A stretch of 63,936 nt of DNA, the filler included, from Atractiella rhizophila (lineage: Eukaryota): the NCBI GenBank assembly GCA_021432655.1. It is 3 parts of 3 records of this genome, joined end to end, with 100 filler letters (N's around TTAATTAATTAA, not from the genome) between each part and the next. Parts side by side here need not be neighbours in the genome. Positions count along the whole stretch, not along the records: positions 49,808 to 63,936 come from MU271821.1; 2 more parts are not named here. One strand, given 5' to 3'. Shown here one piece after another: positions 54,251 through 63,936 of this stretch. Position numbers and translations under genes: made by a program. The notes under the pieces were generated by a model, which was given only the letters and a program-made list of their open reading frames with translations, searched no databases and was not told the origin of the DNA. How positions within the stretch are numbered: position 1 is the first letter of the stretch; every line of letters begins with the position of its first letter.

Positions 54251-56209
54251 GCATTGCTGACATCAAATTGTGCCAACGACCATCGTTGCGATGCGGCGAG
54301 GGAAAGAACAGTACGAACAGAGGACATACGGACAGTAGGAGCATATGTCTCCTTGAAATCTTGTCCTGCCACCTGTCTGTCGCCTCTCGCAACGAGCCTC
54401 GCTTTATATTTGACGATATTGCCATCTAAGTCCCTTTTTATCAGTAAAACCCACTTACATCCTATCGCGCGCTTTCCATGCGGCAATTCAACCAAATCAT
54501 CTTCCCAAGTCCCCATGGCACAAAGAGCAGCCATCTCCGCCTGAATCGCAGTCCACCACTCATCCGCATGAGGCCCACCTAACGCCTGTTTAAACGTAGG
54601 CTCATCTAAATTACCGTTCCACCCTACTCCTGTCGCGAATACTTCCCATTTCCTTACACCAATCCTATTATCTGTGAGCGCTGATTGGTTCGAGGCCCTC
54701 AAAGCCGCATTCATCTCCCTTGCAGCAACTGATGGATTGAAATCTCGCAAGCCTGGCTGGAAGTGTGCATTGAGATGGAAAGCTAATGGGTGTCTCGATT
54801 TAGACAGAGGTTGTAGTGTATGTGCTTGTGGGTGTTGAAGACCAGATCTATCCCCTAGAATGTTGTCAGGTTGTGGAAGCCCACTGTTCAAAGCCCGATA
54901 ATCGATCCTAGGGATATCCCTCCTGGGTCGCGAGGGTAATGGGTAAGGATTAGGAGAGTGGTTCGGAACCCTCTTACGAGGGATGCGAGTCCGTGGGAGG
55001 GGTGGTTGCTCGTCACTACTGGCTTTTGGTGTTTCTCGGCCATCGTCATCGTCATGTCCGCTCGTCTGCCCTGCAGGCGATGAGTCCATCGGTGGAGAGA
55101 ACGGTCTAACTGATGGGTCGGATGTAGGTTGCATCCTCGCCATTTCCATGGGAGGTGGTATTATCGCATTCGTATCTGGTATGCGGACAGGAACATTGTC
55201 AGCAAGGTAATCAAAATCCGAGGGCATGAACTCGTTAAGCGACCAGCTGGTCAATTTTACCGTCTCCTCCTCCTGCCTATCCTTGTAAAATTGGTCTTCA
55301 AACCACTTTACCTCCTTCGATTCCACAAAGCGCCTCTGTTGTGGGACCCAGAATAACCACCCCTTCTTCCCTTCCAAGTACCCAACGAAGTACCCCAAGA
55401 TCCCTCTTGCATGAAGCTTCGAGATCTGTTTTTCTTTCGGAACATGTATAACTGCAAGACATCCAAAAGTGCGGAGGTGCGATACGTCCGGCGTTTTCCC
55501 AGTCCATGATGATTCCGGACATTTCCACGACCCATGCGAGAACGTCGGAAGACGATTAAGCGTGTAGACTGCAAACTGCACTGCTTTCTCCCAAAAGGAT
55601 AAAGGTAGACCGGATTCAAACAAAATCGTTCGTGCAACATCAAACAAAGTATACCATCGCCTCTCAATGAAACCCATCTGATTGTGAATATAAGGAATTG
55701 AGGTCTCATGAGATAGACCATTTTGACGAATAAAAGATTTGAATTGGACAGATTGAAACTCTCCGCCATTGTCGCTTCGGACAATCTTCACTTTGACGTT
55801 ATAACGCCGCTCAGTCTCCAAGATCCAGCTCTTCAGAACCATCGCAGCCTCAGACTTAGCTCGGAGGGGAATCCACCATAGTTTGGCTGTGGATTCCTCG
55901 ATGATCCCCAGACCATAACGCACACCGGATTGCATCGAAGCAACCGGGGCAGGTCCCCATAAGTCACAGTCTATCCGTTCACCTATTGTGTACGAAGTCG
56001 ACGTAGTGATTTCCCGATTCGGACGGGCTTTCGACTTCCCAGCCGCACATGATGTGCATGGATTTAACTTGGTCGAATTGCAATCAAAGCCCGTCACCCA
56101 CTTCCCAGTACACAATTCCCTCCATCTCTTCGACCCTATATGGCCGAAACGTGCGTGCCAGGTCTGAGCAGTCGTAGCTGCATAAGCCGAGATGGGAATG
56201 TGAGTTGAC
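54251..56209 (-). mobile_element. Ty1/Copia pol fragment: integrase and N-terminal reverse transcriptase
   Basis: HHCC (WHARFGH...CTSC), DDE (DLWGP, RSDNGGEF, IERR), GKKGW, and RT motifs IGCKWV...YKARLVARG...ETYAP...QFDVSN. The integrase-before-RT order defines Copia. Confidence 0.96.
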
Positions 56210-58835
56210 TCAACCACATCTCCTCCGGAGTCCACCACCAAGCCAAGAACCCAAAGATGGTCACAGCCCCGAAGATGACACAGGCGAAGTTGAACGTTTC
56301 CGCAGTGACAGGGAAGGTGTAGGGTGAGAGAATCACACACATCAAAAACACTGTCGTTCCTCGTGTGAGCCCACAACATCAAAGTGGGTAGGAAAGGGAA
56401 AGGAGGACTCACAATTCCACACCGCTGCAATTACGCAGAAAGGCCTCGACCAACGTCCCAGGGACCACTTTCCTCTGCTGAAGTTGTGTGGGGTAAAAAT
56501 AAGCCTACAAAAACGTCAATCAATATTGAATTGTTCTCGCTGAAGCATACCTGAGGATAGGAATGAGTGCATAGGCTGCGATTGTAGGGACGGCACCGGC
56601 AGAAACCAAGGAGGTGAAGGCGACCTGCGAGGGCAGGGACGTGCAGAGCAAGATGGCGGAAACCTATTCGAGTCGTAGTAAGGGTCGAGAGTGGAGACGA
56701 TATAAGGAAAGAAGCGCACAGCCCAAATAAAGTACACGCTATTGCTCGGATTCCCATTCTTATCGACCTTCCCGATCCACTTGCTTCCAGGAAGCACTCC
56801 ATCTCTCGCAACAGCATAGATGAGTCGACTGGCAGCTACGACGGCAACTGAGGAATTCTGTCCCAGTGTCCCAATCGAGGAGTCAGCAATCATGTAGGAA
56901 CGCAGAGAAGTGAGAACAGGACGAACGATGAGCAGTCCAAGACTCGCAACCACCGTCATTACCACCTGTCCTCCCTTTCCTAAGGCGAGTTCGTAAATGA
57001 GGACGAACGGTTGTGGCGCAGCGAGAGAGAAGAGTGTATCGAGACTGGGGGAACAGAAGAGGAACAAGATCAAGACGGGCTGTATGCATAAACAAATACG
57101 TCAAACATGCATTGACGGTAGTCTGGAGGGGTGAGACGCACAAACGCTCCAAGCGCCGATGCGACGCAACCCCAAAACAAACCTCTCGCGGCCACAAGTC
57201 CTGCGTTTTGCGTCTCCTCGGCAATGTGTCCGGATGCGTCGAATCCAGTGAGGACACCGCTCGTAGACAAGAAGGCCAGTATCCAATTCCACGCGTCCCC
57301 TGCTCCAGTGCCATTGAACGATTTCGTAAATACCCACTTAGCGCTCTGGAATCCATAAGTTTTGGATACACCGATTGGAAGCCAGATGACGGTGAGGAGG
57401 AAGTCGATCACGATGATTGAGATGGAAGCGCGAAAAATATGAGACATCGTCTTTGCTATATCACCCAGAGGTAGATCAATATGACAATTCCAAAAATTGC
57501 TAGGGGTGAATGAAAGGAATGACATACGGGATATGACGTTCGAGAGGCAAACTACAGCCAAAGCGACCTCACTCACTGCCCACGCTACGGCTCGAAACTT
57601 GACATTGTCCGTCGTGATTCCTCCGGGGAAGTCGTTCTCGAACACCACCATCTCAGTCAGCAAGAAATTGGCAATTCCCAAAGTGTTGGAAGCGACAAAG
57701 GAGGTCCAAGCTGTAGTGGTCCAGAATGCGCTGTTACGTCAACCAAAACCTCATCAATCGCAATAATGAAGAAAAGTTGGCTGAAAACATACACAATAAA
57801 TCCAGCAAGACGCGCCCACTTTGGTCCGGCCGCTTCCTGTCCTCCCATAATATATGAGTTTAAAAATGCGCAAAAGGGGAGACACACGGCAGCCCAGATA
57901 TAGATGCTACCACTGAGTGGGAGCGCAGAACAGATCTCAGCGAGGACAGCAGCAGTAATGGTCATGAACACCATAGTGACCAAGAAGCTAGACCTACACG
58001 ATAACGTCAGCCAGGTGGACAAGCAATGAAGAGAAGAACGAACCAAAGAGCAGCTGGTCCACCAGAGTAGATCCCTACAGAGTAGAGGATGCGAACGCCT
58101 TATTTTCGTTCATCAACACTAGTAATGCGCCAGATACAAAGAGGAACCGACCTCCAACGAAGTACCTACTCGCATTTCGTCAGCTGTAGATTAGAAGAGG
58201 AAGAGATACGCACAAGCTTCCAAAACTCGCGGCAAAATTTTCAAACTGTTTCCACGTCCTATGAAGCGTCTATCCTCCCAAACAATCGAGAAATACGCAA
58301 ACCAGTCCGTCAACTCATGCCATCAACCAGAGAGAAGCAAAAGGGAGAAAAACGGACCTGTTGATACCCAAACTGCCTCTACCATCATGAAGGTAGGGAT
58401 TAGTTGTCACTTCTCCATAACGTAGGAGCAGAAAGGGGGGGTTAAGGGGGAAACAAAGATGGCAAATCCCTTCGCTGGTATTGTCCAGATCAGGTTCAAA
58501 CGGTATCATCTCAGCACTTCTTCCCCTGCCTCCATCCGTGCATCCACATCCACAACAGCGTAGATGAGGCATGCTGATGAGAGGCCAGGGAGAGAAGGCA
58601 CCCGCAGCCATTTTCCCACTCGCAGAGAGGGAGAAGGTGCAAGTAAAAGAGAAGGACGTTACCAATGAGACCAGTTCCGTTCATACTAGCCAATTTCGCC
58701 ATCTCATCTCCATCCTTTCCCCATCCCCTCCCTCCTTCCCACCGTTGAAAAAACTGGACGAAGACGGTGTACAAGAATCGCTTCATCATCTGTCCCACTA
58801 CTCGCACTAGATTTTGGTGTGTTTGTGTCTGACAT
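56136..58835 (-). CDS. APC-family permease, probable thiamine transporter (Thi9-like); last ~34 codons replaced by Copia-derived sequence
   Basis: Spliced MSDTNTPK...FGYQQ...ENFAASF...LAEICSALPLSGSIYIWAA...TGFDASGHIAEETQNA...ASRLIYAVARDGVLPGS...FPVTAETFNFA. The substrate is inferred from the intronic TPP riboswitch. Confidence 0.88.
58459..58611 (-). promoter_or_regulatory. TPP (thiamine pyrophosphate) riboswitch in intron 1 (58772-58379) of the permease
   Basis: Minus strand reads ATGGCT-GCGGGTGC-[long P3 stem]-GCTGAGATGATACCGTTTGAACCTGATCTGGACAATACCAGCGAAGGGA-TTTGCCAT. P1 (ATGGC/GCCAT), P2 (GCGG/CCGT), P4 and P5 (CTGG/CCAG) all pair. Confidence 0.96.
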
Positions 58836-59816
58836 TCTGTTTCTTTGAGTATTTGACTGAAACGTAGAGGGTGTGGAAGGGTGAGTGCAGGGAAGCACAA
58901 CGTTCGAAATTTGAGCTCATCCAGACCGATCACCCAAAAACCATCACGTGCACTCATTGTGCTTAGCATGCTGAATGTTTCTTTGACAAACCAATATTAT
59001 AATCCCCCTCTCTTTTCCAGTTTAGCAGTTTAGCGGTGATTTATGAGCAATTCTGGTTGCTTCATGTTCAGGCGACGGCTCCAGTATGATCCCGTTACGG
59101 TCTGATCCTGGCCTCACCTCAACCGGTACAAAAATGAATACAAGGAGGAGCATCCTTGTCTTTTCTCCCTTCCCAAGCCACTACTAGTACTGAACTTTTG
59201 CAATTCATCCAAATTCATCCTCATTTACCAGCTTTGATATGAACTTATCCCTCTACTCCCGTCAATATGGCTGAACTTTCCAATTAGAGTGTGCTGGTCT
59301 GTGTTACGTACGAGTTACTGAATTTTTCCCATAGAAATCGCTGACTTCACGATCAGGAGCTGCTCGCAGCTAGGTTCATCGGCGATGGCGAGTCCTTGGT
59401 CATGTTATTATATGTTATTATATGTGTGACGCTGTGTTTGAAGATAGCTATTGACAATATCTTTATGACCGCTGTCATTATTTGCATCGATGAACTGTAT
59501 TTTCCGCTGTTTGTCATTGGCAGAAAAATCCAACATCTGTGGTAATACATCGCAAGCCACCAAACGTGGCAGGTGATCAACTTGCTTCTGCTGTCAGCCA
59601 AGCAGATCATCAGGACACACTCCTACGCAGGCAATACTGAATCAACATCAACATTGCAAACATTCAGTACTTTATCACGAAAGGGTATCAATAATTTCCC
59701 GTATCCTCACAAACAAAAACCTAATGCTCACAGTCCATCGCGCATACTTCACAATTGCCAACCCATCCAACGCAACCCTCATGGCCTCAGATCAAGGAGC
59801 CGACGTACCTTTCAGC

Positions 59817-60648
59817 TCAAGAGGAAGCAGCAGCCTTCTCAGCCGCTCTCCTCCGCTCCTCCTCCTTCTTCCCACTCCTAAAAGCAAGTATTTCCTTCCC
59901 GATCCTATTATTCACTCGCTTCCTCAATTGGGGTCTGTATCCTAATCCGAAAAGCACTTCGACCCAAACGAAGAAGACTGCAAGAACGACGGCTATTCAT
60001 GTCACCCGAACATCCATCAGTCTATAGTTCGCAAACGCATTAGAGACGAACATTGAAAAAGATTGTCAAGTAGCGCAGGCGCCCGTCCCTCGAATTTCCC
60101 GTGCCCTACGAACTGAGCGATCCAGCATACAACGTGCAAGATGACGGCGTATTGGAAGTGGGTAGAGGGATCAGATGCATAAAAAGCGTTGGCTGTAAGA
60201 CCGAGGGTGAGGAGGATAGGTGCATAGAGGATCTTTGATAGAGCATCAGCAAAACGTGAGGGGAATATCAGAGGAAACGCACTCCGGCTAAAGGCTCGAG
60301 AATGATGAAATACGTGGTGTATCCCACCGCAGTCAACAAACTGGAATTGACGAGCACATCTCCTCCTTTTACGCCCAAGTTCTCGAGGAACGGAATGTCC
60401 ACATGGCCGAAGGATGGGAGGTATCGGTTACCCATCACCAGGGCAGACCAAAAGATGCACGGCACACAGAGGATGTGGATTGCGATGTTGACATGGTTAG
60501 AATGGTAAGCGCCGTAGAAGGCGAACTGTTCTGTAAAGGCCATCTGTCTCGATCACCCTATCCCACTCCTGAGATGAGGAAAGAGCATACCTTCGAGCGA
60601 GAAGACTTTCGCGAGCCCTTTTTTCGGGGTAGTGGAGGTGGTGGCCAT
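59817..60648 (-). CDS. MPO1: Mpo1/DUF962 family membrane protein (2-hydroxy fatty acid dioxygenase-like)
   Basis: QFAFYGAYHSNHVNIAIHILCVP and WIAQFVGHGKFEGRAPALLDNL motifs; the gene is complete with short introns. Confidence 0.88.
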
Positions 60649-61411
60649 CGTTCAAATCGATTCACCCTGCAGTCCAATACTCCTATGTAAGTATGGGTGA
60701 TATTCGACAATGATATTTCGTACCTCAAAACTGAAGAATCTCGTTGCGCGCGAACGATCGAAGGTGTCCTTCTAGCAAAAGACGATTCTTCGTACCCTTC
60801 AGGAAGAGTGCAAGGTCTCTCGATGCGTGATGGTCGTCGTTGCGAGCTCCTTTAAAGACGTGCGCGAGCTCGTGCATGGTGTGGGGTAAGCCGGATTTGT
60901 CTTATGCCGGAGCCGGAAGCCGCGAGAGAGCGCGAAGAGCGATCAGAATGCCAGAACTGGGGCACGCGTTTCCTTCTCCTTCCACAGTCTTAGTTCAAGA
61001 ACAAATCTCAGAATGACGAAGTCGAGCAGCCACATTGCTCATCCATATCGGAAACGGACTGAGCGAGCGAATTCAAAGACGCTACCAAAGGGGAAAGATA
61101 ACGGGACAGTATCACCCGTTGTTTGCTGTTTGAGCTTCAGCGCTTGAGCTGCAAGGCTGATGGGATTCAGTGTGAAGCAATAAATTGTGAGCATTTATGC
61201 ATCAAACGCAGTACTCAACGTACTGAGCAGCGAGCGTTTTGACCACTTCTTCTTGACAAGAAAGAGACTGCGCAACAAAAGGTGTGACTCCTGCGTACGT
61301 CCCAACCACCAAGACACATTCAATGCGAATGATCTCACGCATTCATGTTCCAGCTTGGAGCTGGTGCTCTCAGCCTTCCACATACTGACTCGCGTTGGGC
61401 TGTCGTCAACA

Positions 61412-61695
61412 ATGCCTAGCTGCAGCGACTGTTTAGGGCTCGCGGCGATGATATGCTTCTTGCCCTTTTATCCTTTTTACATGGTGTATCGTGCCGGAAG
61501 GCGTACAGGAAGGGCAGCTTCTCAACAACATCGTCGAGAGAAATGGTCAAGTAGGTCTTCCACGCCAGTGCTTGTTTTTGAAAGCTCATTAAGCAACAGA
61601 GCAAGCCCGCTCGAGTAGGAAAGACCTCCTCAGAATCGCGCAAACAAGACATCTCCTCCTACGTAAGCTCCCCGTCGAGCTCGTAGATGAAATAC
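61412..61695 (+). pseudogene. 5' fragment of a gene with an N-terminal hydrophobic segment and an F-box-like motif, truncated by Copia gag
   Basis: A 49-nt intron (61551-61599) gives MPSCSDCLGLAAMICFLPFYPFYMVYR...RHLLLRKLPVELVDEI, after which the sequence switches to antisense gag. Confidence 0.5.
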
Positions 61696-63389
61696 GCGCC
61701 TACGATCATACGTTGTTCATACGCTGCCTGAACAAAGGATGGCCAATATGCAACATCCCCTTCAGTAACTAGCTTCCCGTTCAGATCCCCATCAAATCTC
61801 CCATCTGGTCCAGGGTTAAGTTGGTCACGATGAGAATGGGGAACCCTAGGGTTAACAAGGTATGCTGTAGCAGAGCTCGTGGGATTTGCTATCAGCGTCG
61901 TTGAGGGAGTCCGAAAGAATGTTGGGGCCCTATCCGTGCGAATTTTAATTCCAAAATCACGAAAAGCTTGTAGACGGGCACGTTCTCGATCCTTTTCCGG
62001 AATCTTGCAGGATCGTGCAAGGTGACCCTCTCGAAGGCAAAAAACACATTGGTCTTGTCCAACTACAAAATGACCAGATGGAGAAATTGAGCCTAGCCAA
62101 TTCTGAAGTCCTTCATAGTCCCAGGCCCGGGATCCAAATGAATCACGATCGGGATTAGAAAAAACACGTCGAGAGAACCGAGGGTATCTCTCAAAGACGA
62201 TGCCTCGTGGAGGAGCTCGTACACTGTAAGTGTCTGAACGTCGTCGTTCAATCGGAGGGAGATCATGTTGGATGATCTTGGTTCGAGATGGTGAAAACGG
62301 AGCAATGGATCGTACACTCCCAGGAAGCATAGGAGTATCGTCATAGGAAAAAAGCCGTGGACCCATGGCCGGAGAACGTTGATTCCTGGAGGTTTGGACG
62401 TCGTACCTGCGGGAATTCATAACCCTAGCACGTCCTATCAGAGGATAACGTCGATCGAGCCCAGTTGCAAACGCAGTAACACTCCGTGCTCGTGAGAAGG
62501 AGGTATTCCCGTTTGACATCTCATCGTCTAGTTGGTGTCGTACCCCACGAGAACGGGCCACATCCTTCAAGCGTTCGAAGCATGTCGCCAAATTGTTACG
62601 AGGTACTTTCGATTCATCCAATGCCACATCCCTCCATTCTGCGTCCAGAGCATTTACAAAAATTAAGAAACGAACTGGTTCCGATACCACATATTGTGAG
62701 TCTGCTGCTAGAAGGGCTGCATAAGCGTTGTTCCACATGGTGATAAATTCAGCCATGGATTGGCATCCCGAGTTCGCTTGAGATAGTTTGGCAAAGTTGT
62801 CCCAGGCTGAGTGAGCGATGATGGAGTGAGATGTACCGTAAACGGAGCGGAGCTTCGCGACAATCGATGTTGCGAGTTCTTCATCTGGAGCAATTTCATT
62901 GCAAGCTGAAAGGTCAACGTTCGCACGGAGAACAGCAACTGCGTTGGCATTCCCGGCATCCCATTCAATCACATTCATCTCCCATGCTCTCTTCGCAGCT
63001 TCCGATGCGTCGTCTCCAGGATAAATTGGCTTCTGACGGATAAATCCATCCTCCGGTCTTTGATCAAGGCAATATCAATAAACTTTGAGACTCTTGAGCC
63101 CCGGGACGATCGCTTTCCACCACCGTTCGAATCCAACCCTCGAAATTGGAGGTACGTTGTCAATGACATGGTTTCCACCACCGCCATACATAGGCATTCC
63201 CGGTCCCTCCATTGGGGTATAAGAAGAAGAAGAAGATGCGGACGTAGTTAAAGGTTCAGTCGCTGTAGAGATGGCTGGAGAAGGAAAACGTGTCGGTGAT
63301 GGTTCGTCAGGTACGTTGAGATTTAGCTGATTGTTAATATGAGGAGGTTGATCACGGCCATCCAATGGAGTGGGGTACCGTTGTGACAT
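61696..63389 (-). mobile_element. Ty1/Copia gag with one in-frame stop; truncated before the protease
   Basis: The two ORFs 63075-63533 and 61659-62978 are in the same frame, separated by a TGA at 63075-63077. There is a gag-like helical core (EWDAGNANAVAVL...SMAEFI...VNAL) and a zinc knuckle CVFCLREGHLARSC. Confidence 0.85.
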
Positions 63390-63442
63390 CGGAAGATAAG
63401 ATGAGAAAAAAAATTGATTATGATAGATCCGGATTCCTATCC

Positions 63443-63456
63443 GGCTCTCGCTACCA
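63443..63456 (-). promoter_or_regulatory. Primer-binding site (likely initiator tRNA-Met)
   Basis: TGGTAGCGAGAGCC immediately follows the LTR-terminal CA and precedes gag. Confidence 0.75.
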
Positions 63457-63635
63457 TGTGCGCTGGACCTGGTCCACAGCGGATGGTGGTCAAATCGCTG
63501 TATACAATGCAATGAACTCCCTACCTGGTCCACAGCGGATGGTGGTCAAATCGCTGTGGAACCAGAACATGACCCTAACCCTAAGTGTAGAATGGAGGGG
63601 GGGACCGAGTGAACCAGAGAGCTCATGCTCTCACA
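63457..63635 (-). mobile_element. Putative 5' LTR (179 bp)
   Basis: TGTG...CACA termini abutting the PBS, with internal 35-bp direct repeats. The partner LTR is not visible, so the outer boundary is inferred. Confidence 0.65.
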
Positions 63636-63639
63636 AGTA

Positions 63640-63936
63640 TCAATGAATAACATTCGCTTCATTGATCACCATCTCCTCCAACGAGTTCCTGTTATATTTG
63701 ATCACAAGCTCTAAGAAGTGAATCAAAAATCTCAGCAGTTTCTCTTGTTCGTCCAGTGTGTCGAAGGAAGTGGCGTCAATGAAACCCTCTTGAAGGAACT
63801 CCCCTAATTCAACGGGCAGGATGCCGACCTTTGAACAGAGTTGGATTACCTGATCCTTACGATGCTCCGCGAGGACGTTTTGAAGGAGTCCGTCTCTGTA
63901 GTATTGAGAAGCGAGAAATCGGCGAAATAAGGAAAT
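63640..63936 (-). CDS. 3' end of an unknown gene running off the window
   Basis: Open frame of 98 codons, ISLFRRFLASQYY...EMVINEANVIH*, with the stop 4 nt before the LTR. Confidence 0.5.
   Translation of the reverse strand: MSLFRRFLASQYYRDGLLQNVLAEHRKDQVIQLCSKVGILPVELGEFLQEGFIDATSFDTLDEQEKLLRFLIHFLELVIKYNRNSLEEMVINEANVIH

Noticed and set aside
53008..56430. 1140-aa ORF suggesting a permease-integrase fusion protein
   Set aside because: It reads through the N gap, and its N-terminus is an out-of-frame translation of permease exon and intron sequence. Only 54251-56209 is genuine pol.
63467..63557. CRISPR-like repeat-spacer-repeat
   Set aside because: There are only two units, inside a eukaryotic LTR, with no cas genes.

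Overview
Eukaryotic, intron-rich fungal DNA. Introns are mostly about 45-60 nt GT-AG, and the gene content suggests a basidiomycete, probably Pucciniomycotina-like (inference). The window is three scaffolds joined by artificial 100-nt N/TTAATTAATTAA spacers at 24843-24942 and 49708-49807, so adjacency across those points has no biological meaning. Scaffold 1 (1-24842) holds EF1-alpha, COG2, a Zn2Cys6 transcription factor with an internal 2.15-kb tandem duplication, a hypothetical gene, histone H1, and a 5.6-kb hAT-type element (15-bp TIRs, 8-bp TSD). That element carries a DIRS/Ngaro-type tyrosine recombinase and a hypermutated ORF between 96-bp direct repeats. Scaffold 2 (24943-49707) holds a siderophore-type MFS transporter, a small putative mitochondrial membrane protein, EMC2, an OTU deubiquitinase, two tandem NAD(P)H reductases, two secreted proteins, a peroxisomal ABCD half-transporter, and a divergent cullin that appears spliced to an N-terminal signal peptide plus transmembrane segments. 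Scaffold 3 (49808-63936) holds an HNH-like pseudogene and a Ty1/Copia element (LTR, PBS, gag ... integrase, RT). Its protease region is replaced by about 5.5 kb of intron-containing host DNA: an APC permease with a clear intronic TPP riboswitch, an Mpo1/DUF962 gene and a truncated F-box-like gene. The main highlights are the TPP riboswitch permease, the Copia gene capture, the putative membrane-anchored cullin and the hAT/tyrosine-recombinase composite. All gene models were spliced by eye and no database searches were run.
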